Source of the DNA: Octopus bimaculoides
Taxonomy: Eukaryota
Length of the DNA: 64,000 nucleotides
Direction: 5' to 3'
NCBI RefSeq assembly: GCF_001194135.2
Contig: NC_068990.1
Coordinates: forward strand, 61,840,794-61,904,793
Shown one piece after another: positions 36,386 to 48,455 of the stretch (positions within the stretch are counted from its first letter, which is position 1; each line of letters starts with the position of its first letter). The position numbers and the translations under genes are program-made. The notes below the pieces were generated by a model. The model was not told the DNA's origin. It made no database searches and saw only the letters and a list, made by a program, of their open reading frames with translations.

Positions 36386-37111
36386 AAGAACACAATGCAA
36401 AAGAGTATGAAAAAAAAAACAGTGTTAGAATAAAACATGAAATTTTCTCCAGATCCCAATAAAAAATATCAAAGCACAATTTGGAATTCAACTTGTAAAA
36501 CAGATTTATAAAAAAAAATTTTCTTCAACAAATTTTGCTTTGACATTCCTTATAAGTTTACCTTCTAAGCCAAATGAACATCAAATAAGTGTCTCTGTTA
36601 ATTTAATGAATATTCTAAGTTATATCAGAAATAAATTTATTTTCATATATTACATAAAAATGCTTTTAAAATTGGATAGAAATTTGTATATCACAAATGC
36701 AGCTTCTTTGTAGATATTAACTGTTGAAAAATTTTTCGCTTAAATATACTTCTGATAAATATTTCAAATGTCTTTGAGTTAAATATTAATTGAGCTAATG
36801 TGATAAGTGAAGATTTCTTTCCTATAAAAGAAAAGCTCTCTAGATATTTCTAGTGATATGAAGACAACTCTAAGACTGTCCTTCCCACCCAAAAGTAATT
36901 TTGTATCTCAGACTGTCTCTAATCAAATCTGACTGTACATTAGCATTCAGTTCATTCACCAATGTTGCAGGTAAGACACAGTAACTCACCTGCAGCAGAA
37001 CTTAGTACCAAAAACTAGTAAAGTATAAAATATTATATAGTAAAGTGTCCTGTACACTACTATAAAGGCTAGCCATGACTGGTCATTGAAATAAAAGGAA
37101 AAAAATAGTAA

Positions 37112-37267
37112 AGGTGTGGCTGTGTGATAAGATGTTTGCTTCCCAACCACATGGATCTGGATTCAGTCCCACTGCATGGTACCTTGGGAAAGTGTCTTCT
37201 ACTATAGCCTAGGGTTGACCAAATCCTTAGAAGTGGATTTGGTAGAGAGAAATTGAAAGAAGTCCAT

Positions 37268-37306
<39 letters not shown>

Positions 37307-37323
37307 AATATATGAGTATATGC

Positions 37324-37362
<39 letters not shown>

Positions 37363-37625
37363 AGTGTGTGTGAGAGAGAGAGAGAGAAAGAGAGGGAGAG
37401 TGAGAGAGAAAGTGAGTGTGTATGTGTGTGTGTTTGTCTCCTACCACCACTTGATGACTGGGGTTGGTGTGTAGCAGTTAGGCAAAAGTGACCTATAAAA
37501 TAAGTACCAGGCTGAAAAATGAAAATAGATACTGGGGTCGATTTGTTTGACTAAAACTCTTCAAGGTGGTGCTCCAGCATGGCTGCACTCTAATGACTGA
37601 AACAAGTAAAAGATTATGAAATAAA
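37112..37625 (+). mobile_element. SINE family A with expanded internal microsatellites
   Basis: ggtgtggctgtgtgataagatg...ggtgctccagcatggctgcactctaatgactgaaacaag. Confidence 0.88.
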
Positions 37626-38344
37626 AGATGACTTAGAAAAAGAATGGTATTACACCTGATCTTAAGAGAAATGCGAGTACATAGCAGAGACGTAGAATTA
37701 AAGCAATGCCAGCATGAAAGAAATGGTCATCAGAGAGCCAAAGCTCTTTTAATGAAGGAATATTTCATTGGCAAGTAAAGAGAAACAAAAGATCAAGTGA
37801 TTTTAAGCATATTTTCAACATGTCATAGAAATTCCATTTAACCCTTTTATAATTTTGTATGCTGACGCCATCAAATTCTTTCTGCCACATATAATTACTT
37901 TCAGAAACAGATTTTAATCAGGCTATTTTGTGAATATTTTATTATATGTAACCACAAGTGCTTTTGCTTTCAATTCTTTCACTATTCAGATATATATATA
38001 TATAGATAAATATGACTGAATAATTTAATGTTTCTACAATAGCGGTTAATAATTTCTAAATTGTCAATCAAGTATTTGATTGAGATGTATAAAATTACAA
38101 ATAATAATTATTTATGAAATTAGTTAATGAGGCAGAGAAATAAATGGTTACAACTGGAAAATAAAATCTACAATGTTCGTTTTGACAGTATTTAATAATT
38201 TCATCCTTTCTGGGAAATAATCTTTTAAATTTTATTAAATTTGGTTAATGAAAACACTACAAACACAAGTGCAAGTGTTTTCATGTATACATGAATGTGG
38301 AAGAAACATGTATGTACTTGACATAGCAACACTAAAGTTCAGAC

Positions 38345-38660
38345 TGTGGCTAGTGGCTAGTGGCTAGTGTGTTTGACAATCGTAAGGTCATGAATTCGAT
38401 TCCTGGCAGCACATTGTATCCTTAACCAAGAAACTTTATTTAACACTGCTAGAGTCCACTTAACTAGCAAAAGTGAATAGTACCTGTATTTCAAAAGGCC
38501 AGCCTTATCACATCTGGTATGATGCTGAATTTCCCAGAGAACTATGTTAAGGGTATGTGTCTGTTGAGTGGTCAATCACTTGCACAAAAATTTCACCAGC
38601 AGGCTGTTCCATTGATCAAATCAACTGGAATGTATGTGGTTGTAAGTGACAGAATCCAGG
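38345..38660 (+). mobile_element. SINE family C
   Basis: gtggctagtg...gaattcgattcctggc...gagaactatgttaagggt. Confidence 0.78.
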
Positions 38661-38694
38661 GAAGATTAGACTAACATTAGTGTAAGAATGTATG

Positions 38695-38845
38695 AGTGTT
38701 TGGCTAACTGAGTGGTAAGAAGTTTGCTTCCGAGTTCAGTCCCACTGTGTGACATTTTGGGCAAATGTCTTCTACTATAGCCCTGAGTCAGAAAAAGGCT
38801 GGTGAGTGGATTCAGTAGACAGAAACTGAAAGAAGTCTATCCTAT
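38695..38845 (+). mobile_element. SINE family A, 5' part
   Basis: gtggtaagaagtttgcttcc...gaaactgaaagaag. Confidence 0.78.
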
Positions 38846-38922
38846 ATACATATGTATATGTATGTTGGGGTAGGAGGTTTTGTTTTTGTTGCCAACCACC
38901 ACATACAAACAGTTTTGATTCG

Positions 38923-39144
38923 TTTACCATTTAAACTGCTCATATATGGCCAAAATATTCTGCCTCCTTTATGTTCAAACTGACCAGGTCCAACATCTCA
39001 CACCTACCCTACAATGTCATAGTAAAAATAAACAATCACATCATTCAAATTCTGAAGCCATACAAAGTGGATGATTAATTCAAGGCAATGTGAATAAATA
39101 AGCATATTTCATTTGAAAGAGTTATCTGAATGCTAAAGGGTTAA
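38923..39144. mobile_element. TTAA-type MITE 1
   Basis: Ends in ctgaatgctaaagggTTAA; body aligns with 44013-44236. Confidence 0.78.
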
Positions 39145-39169
39145 AAAAGTTTTGAGGAAATATTCACCA

Positions 39170-39243
39170 GTCCTCAGTCAAATCGTCCAACCCATGCTAG
39201 CATGGAAAGCGGACGTTAAACGACGACAACGACGACAACGACT
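39170..39243 (+). mobile_element. Family F 3'-end insertion, young
   Basis: Identical 50-mer to 25082-25131 (inverted); (GACAAC)-type tail. Confidence 0.85.
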
Positions 39244-39419
39244 CAACCCAATTTCCTTTGGTACACTTTAAAAGGTGTTCACTGAAAAGAAAGGCTTTTT
39301 ATTTTTTTTTTAAATATTAGCTGGATGGGTAAAATTGTATTTCCAGATTGATAGAAGCAATTATTTTAGTATTGCTCTGTTTCGCTTTTTGCAGCAAGCC
39401 AGCAATTTTTGAGGGAGAA

Positions 39420-39517
39420 GATAGTCATTACACCAGCCTCAGTACTTGATTGGTACTTTGTTTTATCAGCCCCAAAAGGACAAAAGGCAAAGTTGACCTC
39501 AATGGCATGTGACCTCA
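39420..39517 (-). mobile_element. SINE family B, cut by a gap
   Basis: gtacttgattggtactttg...ggcaaagttgacctc. Confidence 0.7.
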
Positions 39518-40423
39518 NNNNNNNNNNNNNNNNNNNNNNNNNNNNNNNNNNNNNNNNNNNNNNNNNNNNNNNNNNNNNNNNNNNNNNNNNNNNNNNNNNN
39601 NNNNNNNNNNNNNNNNNNNNNNNNNNNNNNNNNNNNNNNNNNNNNNNNNNNNNNNNNNNNNNNNNNNNNNNNNNNNNNNNNNNNNNNNNNNNNNNNNNNN
39701 NNNNNNNNNNNNNNNNNNNNNNNNNNNNNNNNNNNNNNNNNNNNNNNNNNNNNNNNNNNNNNNNNNNNNNNNNNNNNNNNNNNNNNNNNNNNNNNNNNNN
39801 NNNNNNNNNNNNNNNNNNNNNNNNNNNNNNNNNNNNNNNNNNNNNNNNNNNNNNNNNNNNNNNNNNNNNNNNNNNNNNNNNNNNNNNNNNNNNNNNNNNN
39901 NNNNNNNNNNNNNNNNNNNNNNNNNNNNNNNNNNNNNNNNNNNNNNNNNNNNNNNNNNNNNNNNNNNNNNNNNNNNNNNNNNNNNNNNNNNNNNNNNNNN
40001 NNNNNNNNNNNNNNNNNNNNNNNNNNNNNNNNNNNNNNNNNNNNNNNNNNNNNNNNNNNNNNNNNNNNNNNNNNNNNNNNNNNNNNNNNNNNNNNNNNNN
40101 NNNNNNNNNNNNNNNNNNNNNNNNNNNNNNNNNNNNNNNNNNNNNNNNNNNNNNNNNNNNNNNNNNNNNNNNNNNNNNNNNNNNNNNNNNNNNNNNNNNN
40201 NNNNNNNNNNNNNNNNNNNNNNNNNNNNNNNNNNNNNNNNNNNNNNNNNNNNNNNNNNNNNNNNNNNNNNNNNNNNNNNNNNNNNNNNNNNNNNNNNNNN
40301 NNNNNNNNNNNNNNNNNNNNNNNNNNNNNNNNNNNNNNNNNNNNNNNNNNNNNNNNNNNNNNNNNNNNNNNNNNNNNNNNNNNNNNNNNNNNNNNNNNNN
40401 NNNNNNNNNNNNNNNNNNNNNNN
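39518..40423. other. Assembly gap
   Basis: N-run. Confidence 1.
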
Positions 40424-40830
40424 CAATGATTTCACTGTGACCATGCTGGTGTAGCATCTTGAGGGTGCTTTTTAGTTGAACAAGTTAACCCCAGGACATT
40501 ATTTTTTTTTTCAAAACTGAGTGCTTATTCTATTGGTATCTTTTGCTGAACTGTTAAGTTATGGGGACGTAAACATACCAGCACTTGTTGGTGAGGAGAC
40601 AAACACAGATACAAAAACAAATATACATACACATACACACACACACACACACATACATACATACACGTGATGGATTTCTTTCCATTTCCATCTACCAAAT
40701 CCACTCACAAGACTTTGGTTGGCCCAAGGCTATAGTAGAAGACACTTGCCCAAGATGCCACACAGTGGGACTGAACCTGGAACAATGTGGTTGGGAAGTA
40801 AGCTTCTTGCCACACAGCCACTCGTGTGCC
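40424..40830 (-). mobile_element. SINE family A
   Basis: tgtgaccatgctgg...caatgtggttgggaag...cacacagccac. Confidence 0.85.
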
Positions 40831-41508
40831 TACAAATATATATCTAACAAAAATGACAGAACTTCCCCACCGCATTTTATGATCATCACTTCAGTTTATA
40901 CTTAAAGTAAAGGGACTGTGATTTAGATAAGCTATATGTAGTAGTAGTAGTAGCAAGTTAAGAGCCAATGTATGCTATGAAAGAGACCTATTAAATAGTT
41001 GGGAGCAATGCACAAGTCTAACACATGGATATTCCAATGTTAAATCTGTCCATGTCAGGTGTTGGTTTAACTTATGTTATTTTTATTGTGGTGCTTATAA
41101 CTTGTGCTCTCCATTTTACAGATAAAATGGGTGTCACTTCATGATGATTTGGCAGTTATATTGAGCTACTTAGGTCAAGTGATAATGTAGATGCTCCCTC
41201 ATGGCTCACATTGTATGTAGTAGTCATTACTCGAATGAATGACGTGTAATTAAACTCCAATAAAACAAAAAGAGGGAAGAAAAAAAATTATTCAAACTTT
41301 AAAACAAATATGATTAAGGACTAAAAACATTGTCACTGAAGAGGCTTAGAAAAAGTACCGAAGCAATAAAATAGAGCAGAGTGTTGTTAATACAGTTTAT
41401 AAGCCTTGAGACTAGAGACATAAACAAACATGGCTAAAACACACACACACACGCACACCGGATTGAACTAGTTTGGTCAAGTGACAACATAGAAAATTCC
41501 TCACTGGG

Positions 41509-41736
41509 TTAAGCCTTTTGTTACCATATTTCTGTCAACATATGCAGCCTTTGTTTCAATTGATTCTTAAAATAATTAAGAATTTAGTAAAATAACTTTT
41601 TCATTATTAAGCTACAGTCTAGAACAAATTAGCATAAAATTTTGATGGAAAATTATAATGTAGACCACTTTAAAATGGTAAGTTTATGTCATGAGACCTG
41701 AAGCAGTCTCAGGCAGGTTGGTATCAAAGGAGTTAA
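41509..41736. mobile_element. TTAA-flanked MITE 2
   Basis: TTAAgccttttgttacc ... ggtatcaaaggagTTAA. Confidence 0.82.
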
Positions 41737-41849
41737 GTTAAATGAAACTGTGAACAGATGTTATGAAGTAATAACAATTTGATAAAGTGAAAATGCAACA
41801 TATTGTCAGAAAAGTGATAATTTGGTTTTTCAACGCACACACACATATA

Positions 41850-41986
41850 TATGAGTGGGTGTTGAAAAGTTCCTGGGTTTGGGTAAAAGAAAATACAGGA
41901 GGATCAGTTAATTATGATTTTATTTAACAAATTCTCCTCTCAGATTGACACTTATTGCAACAATCATTTGGTTTTTATAAGCCTTT

Positions 41987-42036
<50 letters not shown>

Positions 42037-42104
42037 GGTTGGGTTTCCAACTAGGCCTTTCATGAAGAACCCTTAAGTCAGGAACTTTTCAGCACCCCTT
42101 TCTA
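41850..42104. mobile_element. Tc1/mariner-type MITE with internal poly(A)
   Basis: Terminal inverted repeats tatgagtgggtgttgaaaagttcctgg / tcaggaacttttcagcacccctttcta; A-tract 41988-42033. Confidence 0.75.
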
Positions 42105-42369
42105 TTGTAATGAAATGCTAATTTCATGTCATTCATAATGGTAAATTATATTTAAATTATCATCAAATAAATATGCTCAACTTAGATGAAAATATTTATT
42201 ATGCTAGAATTATAGTAAATGAAGTTGATTCAAAACAGTTGATTGAAATAAAATTCATAGAGTATGACTGACTGAAGCACTCGTAACAGATGCTCAAAAC
42301 AGCAATTAATCAAATTTTTAAAAAATATTAAAATAATTTCATTTCAAAATGGTTATAATTGTTATATTT

Positions 42370-42575
42370 TATTCTTTTTATCTTTTTCTTGTTTCATTTG
42401 TTAGACTGTGGCCATGCTGGGAAACTGCCTTAAATAATTTCAGTCAACGAACAGACCCTAATATTTATTCTACTGGTCTCTTTTGCCAAACCACTAAGTT
42501 AATGGAGAGATAAACACACCAACACTGGTTGTCAACCAGTGTGGGGACAAACACACACACACACACACACACAAA
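42370..42575 (-). mobile_element. SINE family A, 3' part
   Basis: tttcttgtttcatttgttagactgtggccatgctgg...ggggacaaacacac. Confidence 0.78.
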
Positions 42576-42971
42576 CCACAGATAAGATCCAGAGATTCTC
42601 CGTATTGAAGACACAGTGCTCAGAAGATTCAAACTTAGACTCTGATGTCTTTACAGGGGATGGATTCCGCAAAGTAAAGAATGGCCGTAAGAGGGATAAG
42701 TTGAGTAGATACAGAGGCAATGATGTGGATAATCAAATTAGATACATCTCTGTCATTTGTACTCTGCATAAGTTGGACTTATTAATATAAATATTTAGAC
42801 ATAAAACTTCATAATCTGAAAGTCTCGACCTTTTGCATTCTCTCAGCTTGCATGTATACATATATACATATTTTGTATTTCATACCCAACATAATGTATT
42901 TAATATATTCAATGTATCTTATTTGTTTATCTACATAATTGCCTCTTTCTCTCTCTCTCTATCTATCTATA

Positions 42972-43009
<38 letters not shown>

Positions 43010-43178
43010 TAAATGATGGGCTTCTTTCAGTGCCCGTCCAACAGATCCACTCACAAGGCTACGGTTAGCCTGAGGTTATAGTAGAAGACACTTGCTCAAG
43101 GTGCCAAGCAGAGGGATTGAACTCAGAACCATGTGGTTAGGTAGCAAACTTCTTATCACACAGCCACTCCTGCATCTA
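43010..43178 (-). mobile_element. SINE family A, 5' part
   Basis: gggcttctttcagtg...gaaccatgtggttagg...cacagccactcctg. Confidence 0.82.
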
Positions 43179-43779
43179 TACTGAAATGTTTTTACATCAA
43201 ATCATAAAAGCCTATGTATTTTTATATGTGAGCAGGCAAATGTATTTGAGTCTAAAAACAGTGCTTTTAGACTCAAACATAAGCCTAACTTCCACATATT
43301 TGCAGTGTTCTCTATCATCAGAGCATAACCATTTTATACAATTTATCAGATTGCTAATTTTTTTATACACCGTTAGCATCAGTTTCAAATATTGATTCAG
43401 TAACCACAGATATAGAATTATCTAGGATTTGGCTCACTTGGATGGGAGATTTATCACCCAGTTTAAGAACGCAGCTGACACCTCAGATGTCTTTAGCAGA
43501 GTCCACTTTGATTTAACCAGTGTATGCTTTGAGGATACCTATCTCTCTCCCTTTCACCAAATCTCAAAGACCTTGGTGAATGGTCATGAATGCAGCCATA
43601 CAAGAACATAAATATCAACTACATTGGTATACAGTCGGCACAGACAAATATATGCATGATATTTAACATAAGTTTAACAGTTACTTCTATGAAGCCTTCT
43701 CATGCATGGAAACAGAATTTCTTTTACAGGTGGTCTGATTGTGAGTTACTTTTGTATATGTCGCGCAAAGTCTCTATTC

Positions 43780-44012
43780 ACTTTGACTACATCCCCACTC
43801 CACTCAGTCAAAGGGCCCTGTCTTTTGAGTTACTTGGGGACCTCACTAATGTTGATGCCACATAAAAAGCACCCAGTACAATCAGTAAAGTAGTTGGCAT
43901 TAGGAAGGGCATCCAGCTGTAGAAACCTTGCCAAAGTAAATAGTGGAGACCAACACAGTCTTCAAATTAGTTGGATCCTGTCGAAACATCTAACTCATGC
44001 CAGCAATGGACA
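43780..44012 (+). mobile_element. SINE family F, interrupted by MITE 1
   Basis: gatgccacataaaaagcacccag...ggaagggcatccagctgtagaaacc...ggacaTTAA; the (GAT)n tail resumes after 44236. Confidence 0.8.
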
Positions 44013-44236
44013 TTAAACCTTTAGCATTCAAACTGACCATATCCAGCCAAAATATTCTACATGTTTTATATTCAAACTAGCTGATACAATCTCTCACACC
44101 TACCCAACAATGTCCTAAAAACAAGCAATTACATCATGAAAATCTCAAAGCTACAAGATAATCCATGAATAATTCAAAACAATGCTAATAAATAAGCATT
44201 ATATTTGACAGAATAATCTGAATGCTAAATGGATAA
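44013..44236. mobile_element. TTAA-type MITE 1
   Basis: TTAAacctttagcattc ... ctgaatgctaaatggataa. Confidence 0.8.
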
Positions 44237-44544
44237 ATGATGATAATGATGATGATGATGATGACTGCTTATGGCTCCTCTTATATCCCTTGGGATCAGT
44301 CTGTATTTCTTGAGCATCCATAGTTTATCAGTTGCATTTTATTCCTTCATCTTGAATAGCAATTAAATTTATATCTTATGCTAATGGAAAGAACAAACTA
44401 TTTGAAAGTGGTGCCTCTTTGAATTTACATTTACGGTATGAATTCGTATCTGGTTTTCAAAGCAGAAGGCTTGAAGAAGCTGAAAGCAAAACTTCTTTGA
44501 CTTTTCCATTACTTAACATTAAATACAGGCTACATGTCAGTGCC

Positions 44545-44697
44545 TGTGTGGCTGTGTGGTAAGAAGTTTGCTTCCCAACCACATGGTTCCAGGTTCAGTC
44601 CCACTGTGTGGTACTTTGGGCAAGTGTCTTTCACTATAGCTTCAAGCCCACCAAAGCCTTGTGAGTGAATTTGATGGATGAGAACTAACACCATCAC

Positions 44698-44728
<31 letters not shown>

Positions 44729-44920
44729 CATGTGTCTTTCTGTTTGTTTGTTCTCCATCCTCATAACTTAGTGGTTCAGCAAAAGAGACCACTAGAATAA
44801 GTACCATGCCTAAAAAAAGAAACAAGAAAAAAATAAGAACTGAGGTTGATCCATTTGACTAAAAATTCCTCAAGGTCGTGCCCTAGCATGGCCACAGTCT
44901 AATGACAGAAACAAGTATGG
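44545..44920 (+). mobile_element. SINE family A, full length
   Basis: gtggctgtgtggtaagaagtttgcttcccaaccacatgg...agcatggccacagtctaatgacagaaacaag. Confidence 0.9.
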
Positions 44921-46984
44921 CAAAAGAAAAAAGAACTAACTTTGTTAGCCTGCAAAGTTTATAGAAGGAAAGGTAGTCGTGTAATAAAATATGGGAGTTG
45001 TCCCAAATAGATAAAATATGTTAGTTTGAAGTTTAATGAAAAAACGATATTCTTAATTTTTTCAGTTCACTTTTATCAAGATCCAATATTTACAGTCTCT
45101 TCAAGCTAAAATGATAAACTAGATTTAATACCAAAAGTCAATAAGCTTTCTGAAAAATAAATAAAAACAACTGCTTTGCTGTAAAAAAAAAAAAAAAAAG
45201 GGGTCAAGCATTAATGAAAGGCAAAGATAGGCTGAAAAGCAAATGATAATGCACATTTTTATCAAACTAGCCCCGTTTCAATGTTAAAACTTTTATCTTC
45301 ACATATGAGCAGAGATAGGTAAAAGCTGGCTATGCATAAACACAGCATCGTAATGACAAGCATTCAACAGCACTGCACAGTTATATCATTAAGGTGTGTA
45401 TATAATCAATTAAAGTTCAGTTAGCTATGAACTAGATAAGTAACCTTGGGGTACTTCTTAGTATACAGATTATTGAACATACAGATACATGTGATTAGGC
45501 ATAAATAGGATAAAGCAATCACTATAGTTTGCATGTTCCTATCTATTTCTCTCTCTCTCTCTCTCTCATGCGCACCTGTATGCAAACACACATCCAATAA
45601 GTTTAACTTAGCGTCCAATATGTAGAGCAGTGCTTCCAAGAGCTCTGCTAATTATCTAATAATCTGATTACTGATGATATAAAGTATACCTGACTTTATT
45701 TCACACAATGAGCTATCATAGAACTCACACCCAGCTTGACAAGAAAGAATTTTAAAATAAAAGAAGCAAAAAAGAAAAAGAAAAAAGAAAATGATATACA
45801 CAACAAATGTAAAAGATACATGAATATCTACTCCCAACAAATGTTAGTGGGGAAAAAGACTGCAAGCAGATAAGGAGGAATTTTATAAAGAACCTTACAT
45901 GAAGCTATCTTATATAGTCACTTGAATTAAGAATTATCTAACACAAAATAAAATAAGAAAAGGTAAGAAGTCACATGAACACACTGATAAGAAAATTAAC
46001 AGCCATTGATGACAACCTTGAATTTTTACATAAAATATAGAAATAAAATATCCTGATTAATAACACTCTACAAGTTTGTTTGTATAGTCATGGTGACCTT
46101 AAACTTTCTATGGTTTCAATGTTTTTAATTTTTTTTTTTCCTTTTTCAGCAGTTTCGATAGTTTGAAAACTTACAAGCAATTTCTGTTATATTTACCATC
46201 ATGCAGAACAACTACTGAGGTAAACTAAAACAGCATTCTCTAAAAAATTGAAGCAATTTCCTAAGTGTACCACAGTGCTGTATGAGTTTTGTTTAGTTAA
46301 CAAGAAATATTTACAACAGAACTAAAGCAACTTAGAATATATTTAGGCTGTTATAAACAAAACTCCACTCTATCTAATGTCGTGCTTGTGTAATGAAATA
46401 AGTTTAGTACATAATAAAAAAGATGAAACATCTTACTTTGCTGTTCAAACACCTAACATTTTCCCCCAGCTCACTTCTATGAACTTCAACTGTTGAAATT
46501 CTGGATTAACTGGCTTAGTGTCAATCCTATATTAACCATAAGGATCACAAACTTAGTCTAGTATTATATTACAAAAATATATAATGATTATTACCTAAAG
46601 TGGATTAAGTTCTCTATAAATTAGCAGAAAAATTTCTATTGAAAGGCACTGATGTTGCGTTAATTTCAAGGCCAAACTTCACATTTATTTCCGCTACATC
46701 AAATGGTATGGGGGAATTGTCCTTCCTATAAGATTTGAGCTATTTACCTGCCATCATGGGTTGGGCAGGTTATCACAGTCCAAACCAGCTCTTATCCAGA
46801 GTTACTTTACTCCTACATTGTTTGGGGCCCAGGTGCCATTTGTATTATTTTATTCCTGGCATGGTCTCTCTAGTGGTGCTCTTCTTAGCACTACCTGCTT
46901 ACAGAATGAACTAATTGCATTTTATATATATACAGCAGCAGCAGCAGATGATGATGATGATGGTGGTGTTGGTGGTTATTGTCG

Positions 46985-47265
46985 TCCTCACCACCACCAC
47001 CGTTATTATTATCATCATGATCAAACATCGATTTTCCGTACTGACATGGGATGAACAGTTTGGCAGAAGCTGGCAAGCTGAAGGGCAACACCAGGCTCCA
47101 CTATTCTGATTTAGCATGGTTTCTATGGCTGGATGATCTTCCTGACACCAACCACTTTACAGAGTGTACTGGATGTCTTTTCATGTGGTACTAGCATTCA
47201 TGGGGGGTGGGGTGGGGGTGTCACCAAGTAGTTTGCAAGACAAGGATTTCACAACTGAGAGAGGG
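46985..47265 (-). mobile_element. SINE family F
   Basis: ggatgatcttcctgacaccaaccactttacagagtgtactggatg. Confidence 0.7.
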
Positions 47266-47640
47266 AGATATATGTATGAATATGTCTGTGTGGGTATGCT
47301 TGTATTTATATTAACACACACACACACACATATATGTATGGGTATATATATATATACATATATATACACACACACATACATTAGTTTTAGTTGCTCAATT
47401 TTCTCCAGACTCTCATTTACTCTAGCTGACCAAAGCGCCTGATAGTCATAACTGGTTTGGGTCTTTGTCAGATTTAAAAGGTTCATCTTTCAGTCTGCTC
47501 TCTGTCTAGTGTTTGGTAGATCTGTGTGGAACCCTACACAGCAATTGGGTGGCTTTCTTGCATTAGTCATTTAACTGATTTCTTCTGAAAAGCATTTTTA
47601 TTATGGAAAGTATTTATGTGTCTGCTTCCTTGATGTAGAT

Positions 47641-47902
47641 CAGTGGCACTCAACCAACTTTTGCCTAAGAACTTCTTTCATTCTTATTTTACTCTACTGG
47701 ACATCCCCCCTAACTCTTTGATGTTTAAATAAAATCCCATTATATCTTTTATAACTGAATGTTATTAGGAATTGTGTTAAACAAAAAATTGTCAAAATAT
47801 TTTGTGTATTGTAGAAGTACAACCAATTTTATTCCACATAAATTTTAACAAAATCTTACATGAATCCCCTAGAGTCATATGAACCCTGGTTGAAAACCTC
47901 AG
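47641..47902. mobile_element. hAT/Charlie-type MITE, degenerate
   Basis: cagtggcactcaacc ... ggttgaaaacctcag resembles CAGTGGTTCTCAACC-type termini. Confidence 0.55.
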
Positions 47903-48069
47903 AGAACATAGTGTAGAGTAGATGCACTGTTTTCCAAGTGATTTCTCTCATATCAATACTGTGAAAAGTATTTGATAGAATTCTCTTTGACACAATGTAA
48001 AATGAAATCTAAAATGCTCTTTTTGGTTTCAGACCTAGTAGAGGCATTGTATCATTTATACATACACGC

Positions 48070-48305
48070 ATGTATTGTCATTATCATTTTAACATTCACT
48101 TTTCTAAGCTTGCAAGGGGTGGATAGAGTTTACTGAGGCAAATTTTCTACAACAGGTGAGGGTTAGCCCTTCAGGTTGCCAGCCCTCACCTGTTTCCAAG
48201 GAAGGTAACATTTCCCAATGACCAGACATGTTCTCTTGATGAATATTGGAACTGAATGATGCTATTTGCATGACAGTGACAATTATTTTACAACTAGACA
48301 AGGAA
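48070..48305 (-). mobile_element. SINE family G
   Basis: ccctcacctgtttccaaggaaggtaacatttcccaatgaccagacatg. Confidence 0.7.
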
Positions 48306-48339
48306 ACACACACATATACATATATATGTATATGTACAC

Positions 48340-48455
48340 ACACAAATGATGAACTTCTTTAAGTTTCTGTCTACCAAAGCCACTCACAAGGCTTTAGTTG
48401 GCCCAAGTCTTTAGTAGAAGACACTTGACCAAGATGCCATGTAGACAGACTGAAT
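48340..48455 (-). mobile_element. SINE family A, 5' part, partial
   Basis: ccactcacaaggctttagttggccc...gaagacacttg. Confidence 0.75.

Noticed and set aside
41121-41172. Candidate exon IKWVSLHDDLAVILSYL
   Set aside because: Weak donor (GTCAAG) and no homology recognised.
41337-41370. CTGAAGA...GAAG hammerhead-like string
   Set aside because: GAAG instead of GAAA, weak stem II and no stem I.
47200-47220. G-rich runs (also about 24745 and 63845) as G-quadruplexes
   Set aside because: Only three clear G-runs or low-complexity sequence; no functional context.
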